Assembly (NCBI GenBank): GCA_004022145.1
Contig: RCNU01000006.1
Length of the DNA stretch: 64,000 nt
Origin: Paecilomyces variotii
Lineage: Eukaryota
Direction: 5' to 3' (one strand)
The notes under the pieces were generated by a model. It was not told where the DNA came from. It saw nothing but the letters and a program-made list of their open reading frames with translations, and searched no databases. Shown here one piece after another: positions 54,101 to 64,000 of the stretch (positions within the stretch are counted from its first letter, which is position 1; every line of letters starts with the position of its first letter). A program made the translations under genes and the position numbers.

Positions 54101-55440
54101 TGCGAAAACTAGCAGACAATGGACAAGCTGTCCTTGCGACCATCCACCAGCCTAGTGCTTTGCTGTTTCAACAATTCGACCGATTACTTCTCTTAGCCAA
54201 GGGTGGAAAAACGGTTTACTTCGGTGATCTTGGAGATCAGTCAAATCTTCTCTTGGAATACTTCTCTCGCAATGGTGCAAGGCCGTGTGAAGACCTTGAG
54301 AATCCAGCCGAGTATATGCTTCAAGTCCTTGCTGATGAGACAAAGGATTGGTCCCAGGTCTGGAAGAACAGTTCAGAATACAGAGAGGTGCTTGCCGAAC
54401 TTGACCGCCTGGAGCACTCCCCGGTTGAGCATTCCGCTACTGAAGCCGTTTCTGGCGACAATGAAAACGATGAGTTCGCGATGCCCCTTGCTCACCAGTT
54501 CTACCATGTCTTGCGCCGTGTGTTCCAGCAATATTTCCGACAGCCGCAATATATACTTTCGCGGTGTGGACTAGGAATCATTGTCGGCATTTTTATCGGC
54601 TTCTCGTTCTGGAAGGCCGATAACTCGGTCCAAGGCTTCCAGAATTCACTTTTCAGTATATTCTTGCTCTGCACGATATTCTCAACGCTTGTGAACCAGA
54701 TCATGCCAAAGTTTGTATCGCAACGTGCTCTATATGAGGTACGCGAGCGGCCATCCCGGGTCTACTCCTGGAAGGTCTTCATCCTCTCGCAGATTATGGC
54801 CGAGCTGCCATGGCAGATCCTCGTGGGAATCTGTTCCTGGGCGGCTTTCTACTTCCCAGTGTTCGGAGCCGATCAAAGCTCCCAGCGCCAAGGTCTGATC
54901 CTCCTCTTCGTTGTCCAGTTCTGGATCTATGCTGCCAGCATGGCTATATTCATTGTGGCAGCCATCCCTGAGCCCGCCGTCGCCTCTATGCTTGCAATCC
55001 TGATGTTTGGTCTCTCTTTCATCTTCAACGGTGTCATGCAGCCGCCAACTGCGCTGCCAGGGTTCTGGATTTTCATGTACCGCGTGTCACCATTTACATA
55101 CTACATCAGTGGAATGAGCAGTACCGCTCTACACGCTCGACCGGTTCAATGCTCTGACAGAGAACTGAGCGTCCTTGACCCCCCTCCCAATCAGACCTGT
55201 GGGCAGTATCTGGAAACATACGTCAAAGCCGCTGGGGGTCAGCTCTATAACCCCGATTCGACCTCTGGTTGCCAGTATTGTGCCCTGACGTCGGCTGATC
55301 AGTACTTGGCTGCGCGTGAGATCTACTGGGGAGACCGTTGGCGCAATTATGGTATTTTCTGGGCTTACTTTGTGTTTAATATCTGCGGGGCAGTCATTCT
55401 GTATTATATCTTCCGGGTGAGAACGTGGAAGAAGAAATAG
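51151..55440 (+). CDS. PDR-type (ABCG) full-size ABC transporter, intronless
   Basis: 1429-aa ORF, NBD-TMD-NBD-TMD. GRPGSGCST, VSGGERKRVSIAE, WDNSTRGLD, GVSGAGKTT, LNVEQRK, FLDEPTSGLD, FWIFMYRVSPFTY. Confidence 0.96.
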   Translation: MSEKDMNLSSSDSDGSTAVPWQQEMDAIGQVASRIHDRMGSVSVAGDGSADPRLDPTNPEFDHYLWAHTALKSLHEAGIKSMGQGVAFSNLCVSGSGAILQFQDTVVSALTKPLYLLTRVLSGKRSHTRRRILHGFDGLLESGELLLVLGRPGSGCSTLLRTICGHVENLVLEPESSIQYQGIDYKTMIKHHRGNIAYNQEVDKHFPHLTVGETLSFAAHARTPQTRVQNMSRESYVDTIVQVTMAAFGLSHTYNTKVGDDFVRGVSGGERKRVSIAEMFLSRSRIAAWDNSTRGLDAASALRFVKALRLSADLGRSCHAVAAYQASQAMYDLFDKVVVLYEGREIYFGPADRAVDYFEEMGWEKPLRQVSGDFLTAITNPRERRARQGMEEKVPRTPTEFAEYWERSTERQQLLKEVNEWKAAHPPNNEEMHEFQAVHESQQSRHTRSASPYLISVPMQIRLCMKRAYQRLRNDLPTTLSTVIVQFVLSLIIGSIFYNSPNSSSAFFQKGAVIFFAVLMNALITINEILVLYSQRPIVEKQAAYAFVHPFTEALASIIVDLPVKVFRCSIFTVVLYFMANLRREPSQFFIFYLFLITAIITMSGIFRSLGAITKAIGQAMTLAGILVICIVVYTGFTLPQTYMHPWFSWIRWINPIFYTFEALVSNEFHGRQFECGAFVPSYGTGNSFICSSVGAVVGERFVSGDSFIEHNYGYSYSHVWRNYGILIGFLIFFNSFYLLVTEYNTGSGSKGETLVFRPGHAPRQLESQDVENPGRINAPEPDQTASHDGIHLSEQKDIFSWRGVKYEIPTKDGTRRLLDEVDGWVKPGTLTALMGVSGAGKTTLLDVLAQRVSFGVITGKMLVNGRELSANFPRRTGYVQQQDLHLETATVREALRFSAVLRQPKSVSTKDKYQYVEQVIDMLGMADFAEAVVGIVGEGLNVEQRKLLSIGVELAAKPSLLIFLDEPTSGLDSQSSWTICALLRKLADNGQAVLATIHQPSALLFQQFDRLLLLAKGGKTVYFGDLGDQSNLLLEYFSRNGARPCEDLENPAEYMLQVLADETKDWSQVWKNSSEYREVLAELDRLEHSPVEHSATEAVSGDNENDEFAMPLAHQFYHVLRRVFQQYFRQPQYILSRCGLGIIVGIFIGFSFWKADNSVQGFQNSLFSIFLLCTIFSTLVNQIMPKFVSQRALYEVRERPSRVYSWKVFILSQIMAELPWQILVGICSWAAFYFPVFGADQSSQRQGLILLFVVQFWIYAASMAIFIVAAIPEPAVASMLAILMFGLSFIFNGVMQPPTALPGFWIFMYRVSPFTYYISGMSSTALHARPVQCSDRELSVLDPPPNQTCGQYLETYVKAAGGQLYNPDSTSGCQYCALTSADQYLAAREIYWGDRWRNYGIFWAYFVFNICGAVILYYIFRVRTWKKK

Positions 55441-56453
55441 ACTAGACCTTGAAGGGGAAATAGAGAGGTGTGCGTTGGTGTTGGCGCCTCCCTGGATTAT
55501 TATATATGTGAATAGACTAAGTTAATAGAACATACTATATAATGCACTTCATACTTATACCTAGGACATCTAATGGCAAGAGCATTGTGTATATATGGAG
55601 TCACCGTCTATAATAAGTCTCGTCTCTCTATCAGTCTATCTGAGTTAAGCATTCGCAGGTCTATTCCGCCGTCCATTAGTTGTTCAACATTAGACTCCTT
55701 ATCGGATATATTCGTTTAGGATTAGTTGAATCGTCCTAGGATGTCTCCATTTGCTGCTATCGAGGTTGTCCAGCGAGATCGGTCCCGCCAGTATAGTATA
55801 ATTGATACACTATTTTGCAGAAGCTTCCCACAGCACTGATACATATTCTGCTGCCTAGTTAATACCAGGGTGGAGATCTTCTGTCTTCTCTAAGATCGCT
55901 TTATCTCTCCGAACGCAATAACAGTCATTAGACGTTTCGACACGAGATGCATAGTAGTTTTTTTTTGGGCCCCGGGAGGAGGCTACTATACTTACTGTGA
56001 GGAGTGATGACTCGCAGGTACTACATACTACAATAATAAACTAAAAGAATCAGGCTGACTTGTGCTACTCCTCGATAAGCAGAAACAACTGTGAGCTAGA
56101 TAATCGCTCACTTTACCCCACTCTCCAGGAAAATTCAGACTGGCGTGACAAGGGCCAATGCAAGTCTAATGCAAGGCGATATGGATGATAGAATCTAGTA
56201 GTGAAAAACACAGGGAACGTAGACTTACAATAGCAGACTACTTAACCATCGCCTATCTGGGTTGGATTCTGTCTTATCATCTAAAGCTATGAAAATATTT
56301 ATTTCGACCTCTACTCCCTTCTGCTTCTGTCTTGCCTCTAGGAACCTCGGGATTATATCTAGCCAACTCCGAAGCTTCCAGGTTCGTAATAATCAGCCTA
56401 TTTGAGTGACAACTCTTTCCTCACACAGGAGACAGAACTGATTGAACCATATA

Positions 56454-56711
56454 ATGTGCGAAAACCTCGTGCGAACCACCTATAGTGGGGAGCCTTGTCG
56501 CTCCCAACAACACACTCATATTTACGCTATCCAAAGATGCACCACTTCGGAGCGTCGTCCTGATCAGGCCTATTGTGTAGGCACGGATGGAACAACACGC
56601 TCACTCCAGCTTCGTATCGACATGCAGGATAGAAACTGGCCTGGGAAATGCCCGAAATGTCAGCTTCCATCTCCACCGAGCTCCGTTGGTTCTGATGATG
56701 TTATCGTCTAA
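56454..56711 (+). CDS. Small Cys/His-rich orphan protein, 85 aa
   Basis: MCENLVRTTYSGEPCRSQQHTHIYAIQRC...YC...GKCPKCQ. The MC...C..H...C...C...CxxC pattern resembles small fungal putative Zn-binding proteins. Confidence 0.5.
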   Translation: MCENLVRTTYSGEPCRSQQHTHIYAIQRCTTSERRPDQAYCVGTDGTTRSLQLRIDMQDRNWPGKCPKCQLPSPPSSVGSDDVIV

Positions 56712-57011
56712 GTTGCTGGATATTTGATGGCGAAGGGCGGGGGTGGTCGATGGCCGATTTCCGATACCATTTTGTAATTAGTACCTACTATGTATTACAA
56801 CAAATACCTCCCGTTCTTCGATATTATGATTAGACGTATCGGGGTAACGGTAGATAGGTAGTGCCTGTGCTTCCGCTAGTCCCCATTATCTAAAGATTCT
56901 TGGCATATAAGTAGGGCGGTGAAATAGCCAGAGCGGTCAATCCTGCAGCGTATTTAATAATAAACTGAGGATAGTCCCCGGGGCAGATTTCGCCCAAACT
57001 CAAGCTTGAGA

Positions 57012-57420
57012 ATGGATGCACCAAAGCGCGTTGTCTTAAGGCTCCGGTCAAACGAGTTTGACAACGGTTCTCCACAGGAAATAGTCAAGATTTCCCAAAA
57101 ATTCCTCGAGTCATCTGGTTACAATAAAACCGGTCGCGACAACCATTTCGTTCACGCAGAGCCACCCCAGCCTGAACCTCGCCGGCACTTCCATATTACT
57201 CTTGATATTAACTATCGGAACAATACACCTGATATGCAGACATTGCCTTTTGAATTCTTCAGAGTTAATAAAAACCTGTAAGAATTCCGTCTGGCGTCTC
57301 CCGTCTGAAATCTACCTAACTAGGCGCAGTGAATTCAAACCTCTAGAGCTGGGACCTCTAGAGACACAATATCGCCAGCTCCTAAACGGGTTCTACCCAT
57401 GGGGCAGAGATGGACATTGA
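57012..57420 (+). CDS. Small two-exon orphan protein, 118 aa
   Basis: Exons 57012-57277 and 57330-57420. Intron GTAAGA..CTAAC..CAG joins the frames (…FFRVNKNL|EFKPLELG…FYPWGRDGH*). TATAA near 56906. Confidence 0.7.
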
Positions 57421-57997
57421 GATTAGGCTGAGGTTAATGGGTTAATATTGTCATATTGGTATTGATAAAACTGTTGCGGAGATAAAAATCGAGAGCCCTT
57501 AGCTTCTCTATTTCGAGAATAAGAGTACTACTTACTTAATCCCGATACGATCCCTATGGAAGATCCGCCCGAGTCCTACATCTTTATTAGTCCGCAGGAC
57601 TTTAAGGGCCCCAGTGGTGATATTATTATGAGTGTGAAAAACAATGATCTTCCTCGGAATAGTTAGAAATATATATGTATATACATTCGATACAGATAAG
57701 CCTTTACCGTGGTGAGATCTAGAGGAGAGAGAACCCGGATACCCTAAATAGGACTTGATATTTACACTTATTTGAACTGCGATTCAATTCCTACACCCAA
57801 TCAGCGTGGCTCCACATAATAGGCCAAATTTATAACGATCAAAATTTGGAATGTGAGTCTTGACGCCTAAGGCATAAATTAAGAATTCCGAGAGCAATCC
57901 GCATGATCATTTCCTTCAGTTACCTCCATGTAGCGAAGTCCAACTTACTTCGCCCTACATCTCTTTCCGATATTCAGTTACGCATCAGATTCCAAAT

Positions 57998-58797
57998 ATG
58001 GCAGATGAGCTCTCCGATGTCAAACCCGGTGATGTGACATTCCTCCAGAAACTGAAAGAATCTGAGAATTCTGTTGTCTTCAAGGTTGCTGTCCATGGAA
58101 AAATATGTGTTATGAAAGTGGTAAGTAAGTGGACTATACCATTGCTTGAAACGTCACTGAAGGTTATAAGTATCATACTAGATGCCGTACAGATTGCGAC
58201 CCTACTGATTACGAAATTGATCTCTTCATCTGTGAATCTACTGCTTATCGACGGCTGAAAGCAAAGGGGCTGTGTAAGCGAGGGGTTATTCCTGACTTCT
58301 ACGGAACAATCACAAATATACAACCGAATTCCTGGCCAGACTTGCATATGTTTGTTGGCGATAAGCTACCTCCTAATGCCGTCCTGATCGAATATGTCGC
58401 AAACATGCAACAAATTAGTTTGGACAATTTTTCAGAACTTCGCCTGGAGAAACTGCGTCGTATCCTTGATGAGATTCATCAGGCTAAGGTTCTCCATGGC
58501 GACCCGAAGCCAAGGAATATGATGGTAGTATCGGGAGAGCAAGAGCAAGATCGAGTTCTTTGGGTTGATTTTGACTCTGCTCAAACATTTCCAGAAGAAG
58601 AGCCTCTTTCCCCAAAACAGGAACTGTGGTTCAGGGAGGAAGTTGAGATGATAGAATATTTTAACGAAGCTCTAGTGAGTCTCCCTGTTTACTAAACTTA
58701 GTCGCAATTTTGACTAACTGCTCTGCAGGCTCAAGATTTCAAGGAGGGTAAACTTGATCGCGCATATTCTTATTATTATGAGTGGTACGTTAAATAG
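57998..58797 (+). CDS. Minimal atypical protein-kinase-like protein, 231 aa
   Basis: Exons 57998-58120, 58171-58674, 58729-58797. VMKV (beta3 Lys), CESTAY (alphaC Glu), VLIEYV, catalytic loop HGDPKPRN, DFD; no Gly-rich loop. Confidence 0.82.
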
Positions 58798-59237
58798 GCT
58801 TACTCGAGCACTCTAGCTAGAAGACTTAATCGAGCATTTTAGAGACTCGAGAATATGTATATATTTTCGATACAGACGAGGCTTTTACTGTAGTGAGTTC
58901 CACAATATAATCAGAGACAGCGTGGCTGATATATGGGCGTCATTGGTGCAGTTCTGCCTCATAGTATAAATCAAGTGGAGGTTATCATCTTTCGTATAAC
59001 CTCAAGAATTAACATAATTCTCTACCGACCTGTTTTTGGTCCCCCGACCTGATGAGTGCCGTATTACTTACAAATGGTCCGTTCTTGAGCATGGATTCTC
59101 AACGAGAAGGCAATTTCAAGGCCTTTACTTTGTAGATATTTAAAATATAGATCATTAGAAATATTCAAGCTAAATTTCGAATATCTGAATTCTGTTTTTC
59201 TGTAGATATTCAAGATGTAAATAATTACTAACATTAC

Positions 59238-59360
59238 TGTCACGACCTAACTCCTAGGGGAGCATTCTAGGAGCTAAACGGCTGCGCCAGGAGCGAAAGA
59301 CTAGGATTCTTGGGCAACGCCCGAGAACTGCTCTCGCTATATAAGGACATAGACGTTACA
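59238..59360. mobile_element. Solo LTR, 123 bp, with 5-bp target-site duplication ATTAC
   Basis: Begins TGTCACG and ends CGTTACA (6/7 terminal inverted match). ATTAC flanks both sides (59233-59237, 59361-59365). Internal CTATATAAGG. Confidence 0.8.
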
Positions 59361-60305
59361 ATTACACTATAAATTAAATATTATACGTGTTGCATAATTG
59401 GTCGTTAAGATATATATTCTGGAAAACTGGCAATTTTGTATATAATACAACACTAATTAGGTCGGTAGGGAATTCTGTTAATTGTTGGTTTCCGGTGATA
59501 AAATAAATATGCTCTACTATATGGGAGAGGAGCTAGAGACGCTTCAGGAGATATTTACATATTCACACAAGATAAGCAAAATAAGATCTCTTACAGTCTG
59601 TCATGGTATTATACCGGTCTCGCTTCCAGGCGGACGATGGGGAAATATATTGCACTTCCCCGCGTTTCTCGTGGGGCTAAGTACGTATCGGGGGGATGTG
59701 CATGATAGTCCGGGGAATCGGGGATACCCCGCGAGCTCCAAGTTTGTGCGGGATATGTTGTGTTCTATTGTATCCCTACGCGATTGATTGAAGACTAACA
59801 TTCTGTCCTTCTAGACAATTTCTGACAATCGTTTTAACTCCCTTCCTTCCTGAGTGTGATAACTAAGAGTAAGATAAGCTATAACTACATATTAGTATGG
59901 GCTATTATCTCTCTCTCCATGGGACACTGAGATAATCTTGTGATGGGTTTACTGTCTCTAATTCAGACCTATGAACAAGCCTGCGGAGGGATATCACTCT
60001 AGATCAGATGGCATTTTCCGGGCCTAAATTGACTTGTACTGGGTTTCCCCGCTCGGTCTTATCCGGTTCCAAAGCTTATGCTAATGTGATTTTTCTATAC
60101 AGAACGGGGAATATAAAGAAAAATTTGAGTCTGTAGTTTTGTTAATCTCTCGTAGTATCCTTCTGCTTGGCGCTTTCGCAACCGTTCATTACCAGGGCCA
60201 TATCTAGCTATATATCCCGCCTTGGTATCTATATCCTCCTCACTACCTTCAATTCCTACTCGAAATACATACTCATACTCAGAATACCCACTGCTGCCAA
60301 CCACT

Positions 60306-61014
60306 ATGTCGAACACATACCCATCTCCCTTCGAACCAGGCGCCTTCCTACCCGGCGGTCATAATAACGACCCCCCAGTTTCCCTATCTTCTCCTACAGC
60401 AGGTTACAAGCTGAACCACTTCATGCTCCGCATCCGCGACCCCCGACGCACACTCCACTTCTACATGGATCTAATGGGCATGCGAACCATATTCACCATG
60501 GATTTTGGCCCTTGCACGATCTACTACCTGGGCTATCCACCACCCGACACTCCTTCCCTGCCTGAATGGGCAGCAAATACCGCCACGGCTCACAACTTGA
60601 CTCGCACCTTGGGTTTATTGGAATTATACCACGTCCATGGGACGGAGAAGCCAGAAGAAGAAGGTGGATTTCCCATATCGACGGGTAACGAGCCGCCGGC
60701 GCTGGGTTTTGGACATTTGGGATTCACGGTTCCGGATGTTAAGGAGGCGTTGGATAGGTTGAAGGGGGAAGGGGTGAGGGTCATTAAGGATCTGGGGGAG
60801 GCGGAGAGGAAGGATGTTCCGTTGAGTGAGTGGGAGGAGAAGAGGGGGGTGGGGGGTGGTGAGGTTCATGAGAATTATAAGAGGATTTTCGAACAGATTG
60901 CTTTTGTGGCTGATCCGGTGAGTTTTGAGTTTGTGTTGGGTTTGGTATTGATGCTGATGCTGATGGTTGTAGGACGGGTATATCGTTGAGCTGGTTCCTC
61001 AGAATAGGAAGTGA
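60306..61014 (+). CDS. Glyoxalase I-like / lactoylglutathione lyase (VOC family)
   Basis: Exons 60306-60917 and 60973-61014. LNHFMLRIRDP, FYMDLMGM, LLELYH, GFGHLGFTV, FVADPDGYIVELV. Confidence 0.88.
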
Positions 61015-61389
61015 GAATAATGGGAAGATATTGCAGAATCGAATTGAAGGGTGTGGATGGTTAGGTATGTATGTAGAGTACATGTGGACTATGAAACAGG
61101 GGTCATCGAAGCTAGAGTTGAATATGAAATCTCTTAATTGACTATGAGAGAAACACTGTGTTGTTAGTAGATGATAATAAGCAATAATATGGGGTCGGGG
61201 AAAGCTCGCGCGGGCCCGGGGCCGAACCCCACGATGTGGTGTCATCCGGAGAAGATCTGCAAGTTATCTTCGTCTCCAACTCTCCAACTCTCCACTTGAG
61301 TATTTAATTTAAATCTCCAGTTTCCATCCTTTCGTGACGGTCGCGAAGACAACGCGAAGCCTGAGCCCGCAGCATGGCCAGTCATTGAT

Positions 61390-62838
61390 ATGGCATCCAG
61401 AAACCCATTTCACGTTTCTAACCGGAAATGTAGAGTCATTTTGCATGCTCGTTTGCGCTGCTCCTACACATCACCGTCCACGCGACGGTACTGGACTCAG
61501 ACCTCGCCGCGCACCCATGTCGCCGACGACGAGATTACACGGTTGGCATCCAGCCGTCGTCCGCCGTTGACGCTTGGAGACCTCCTCAGGTACAGTCTCG
61601 TGGATGCTCAGAACAACATGGGTCCATGCTGACCGAACCCACTCTCCAGACATGGCCGTCCTCCGCTGGATAAAGAGGCTCTGTTAGCCTCTGCGAACTT
61701 CACATTATCTCTCCTACCTGCGAGACTTGCGTCCAGAATTCAAGCCCTGCGGAATCTTCCGTTTATCGTCGTGTCCAATCCTCACGTGTCGAGGATCTAT
61801 CATAACTACTTACATTCCTTATCGACGCTCCTACCCTACCAGCAGCGGCAGATCACCAATCTGGAAGAAGAAAAGCAATTCGCCGAGGTAATGGCAGACC
61901 TAGTCCAGACACATACGAACACAATCCCCGTCCTCGCGCGAGGATTTCTAGAGTGCAGGAAATACATCAGTCCCGCGGAAGTGACACGGTTTCTAGACTC
62001 GCATCTGCGCGCGAGAATCGGAACGAGATTAATAGCCGAACAGCACCTGGCTCTGCATTTCGCGTCTCAACCCATCAGTGATGAAGACCCCAACCCGCCG
62101 CCTGAGAGGAGGGAGTCGGTGCCTTCTAACTATATTGGTGTCATCGACACTGCTCTTCGTCCCGAACGGATCATCAGATCTTGCGAGGACTTCGTAGGAG
62201 AGATCTGCGAACTGAGATACGGTGTCCGACCGAAACTTGTCATCGACGGACAACCAGAAGCCAGCTTTGCGCATGTTCCCGTGCATATCGAATACATCAT
62301 CACGGAACTGTTGAAAAACGCTTTCCGTGCTACGATCGAATCAGGTAATGACCGGGAACCTATCGAGGTAACCATTGCCGCGGCACCAGATGTACCAGGA
62401 GCGCATGTTCGGGAGATGTCCGAAACCGGCAAAGATAGCAGCAGTGAGGCGGGTTTGAGATTCAGTAAATCTGACGGTGCGGATGATCCCATCGCTCACG
62501 AAGCGATTAAGCTTTCTCGTCCCTCGTCCCAGAGCATTACTATTAGACTCCGGGATCGCGGTGGTGGAATCCCCCCGGAAGTCCTGCCGCATATATGGTC
62601 ATATAGCTTCACGACTTTTTCGGAGGATGACCTCCCGGGTTCGGAGAATGGTAATCTCGACGCGCTGAACACCATCTCTGGCGCTGGTGGTAATGGTAGC
62701 AGCATTGCTGGACTCGGATATGGATTGCCGTTGAGCAGAGCGTATGCGGAGTACTTTGGTGGAGGCATCGCTGTGCAGAGTCTATGGGGCTGGGGCACAG
62801 ATGTCTACCTTACCTTACAGGGTGTTGGGAAGATCTAA
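61390..62838 (+). CDS. Mitochondrial pyruvate/branched-chain ketoacid dehydrogenase kinase family
   Basis: Exons 61390-61589 and 61650-62838. Arg-rich presequence, RARIGTRLIAEQH, ELLKNAFRA, DRGGGI, AGLGYGLPLSRAYAEYFGG, GWGTDVYL. Confidence 0.92.
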
Positions 62839-63146
62839 TCAGCGATATTCCTATAATGCTTATAATCTCTAGGAACATATGAGTTACCTAGGCGGGCCCT
62901 TTTTCCCGATAGGGGGGAGAAGATAAAAAGTCTCCGGCACCCTCCTAGTATAATCATGCCAAAGAAATGAATCATACATCCATTACGGTCGTCATTCATA
63001 ATACAGTAAAGAACCTAATAGTTATACATACATGATAACATCACAATCATGAGTCATACAGAACCTTTCATCCCCATAACTAGAGAGAAGATCAAAATCA
63101 CCAGCACACCCCCCCCTCAATTTGATATTGATATACCTGCAACATT

Positions 63147-64000
63147 TCAAAACCCCCCTGCACCCTGCACCCTCTTAATCGCACCAATGACACCCTTAGC
63201 CCAACTAAACCGTCCTGGATCCCTCCCGATTGAATTCGTCGCAAGTTCCCCCGTGACGGGATCATGCCAGCATCCATCTTCTGGACTGGCGAGGCCGTAC
63301 GTTGCGGTGTTTTGGTTCCGATTAATCTGATCGAGCCAGTCGCGGCAGATTAAGGGTGAATCGAGCAGCAGGTTGACTTCTTGACTATGGTAGAAGGATT
63401 GGGTGTCGAGGTTGCCGTTTCCTAGGATGGGTTCGTTAGTGATTATTGTTTGCTTGGTTTGGTCTGGTTTGGATTCGGGGTATAGTAGGTAGGTAAAATT
63501 CTGGCGGTAGTAATGGGAAGAATAACATACCTTGAATAGCAACTTTCTCGTCAATAATCATGAGTTTAACATGACAACTCCTGCTCTTGAAGCTATTATG
63601 GATTGGTTTTGTCTGGTCTTTTCCGACGTAGTAGTGGATTCGAAGACGGGAGCGCTCTTCGTCCGTTTTGAGAGATCTGTAAAGTCGATCCGCGATCATT
63701 TCGTTCGTTCCGTTCTGGAAGGGAAGGAGTTCGCCGGCGTCATTGTATCCTAGACATAGGTAGACGGTGACGATGACACCACGCCGGACTGCATCGACAA
63801 GCGGGTTGAGGATCGGCTCGGCGTTCATGTTGGGTGTTTGGATGAAAATGGAGCGGCGCGCGTTGGTGATGGCGGAGAGGAAGGCGGCGTTTTGGGGGGT
63901 GTGGACGCTGGAGTGGTTGGGTGCTGTGGACTGAATGTTAGGTTGTTCTGTTCTGTGCTTGGGAGGGCAGACGAAGGGAAATTGGAACTTACCACCCCAA
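63147..64000 (-). CDS. Phospholipase D/nuclease (HKD) family protein, 3' part only
   Basis: Exons 64000-63993 (partial), 63923-63531, 63422-63147. IFIQTPNMN and HKD motif SCHVKLMIIDEKVAIQG|NGNLDTQSFYHSQEVN. Confidence 0.85.

Noticed and set aside
59366..59880. Short ORFs and AT-rich sequence next to the solo LTR
   Set aside because: No gag/pol or other motif. The matched TSD shows the element ends at 59360.
32600..59900. Starship or other giant transposon, suggested by the ferric reductase and accessory genes
   Set aside because: No tyrosine-recombinase captain or clear boundaries, and core genes (BMS1, Whi5-like) lie between the two blocks.

Overview
Gene-dense, intron-containing filamentous ascomycete DNA (Eurotiales-like, judged from GT..CTAAC/CTGAC..AG short introns and recognisable orthologues). 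I modelled 23 protein-coding genes by hand-splicing. Core genes: partial conserved gene, SDT1-type pyrimidine 5'-nucleotidase, dynactin p150, a low-complexity hypothetical, TMEM184/OST-alpha, Csf1/BLTP1, eEF2, RBM26/27-like, acyl-CoA dehydrogenase, DUF1989, BMS1, Whi5/Nrm1-like, glyoxalase-like, mitochondrial PDK/BCKDK-like kinase and a partial PLD-family gene. Two accessory-looking blocks interrupt them. About 32.6-40.2 kb holds a ferric reductase, a possible relic and an F-box protein. About 50.5-59.9 kb holds an intronless PDR ABC transporter, two tiny orphan genes, a minimal kinase-like gene and a 123-bp solo LTR with a 5-bp TSD. Items absent from the ORF track: a 70-aa four-exon I9 protease inhibitor with a possible non-AUG mitochondrial extension, an MCB cluster upstream of the Whi5/Nrm1-like gene, an SreA-type site upstream of the reductase, and an eEF2 intron stem covering its own 5' splice site. 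No tRNA, rRNA, CRISPR or autonomous transposon was seen. All product calls rest on motif recognition; no database search was run.
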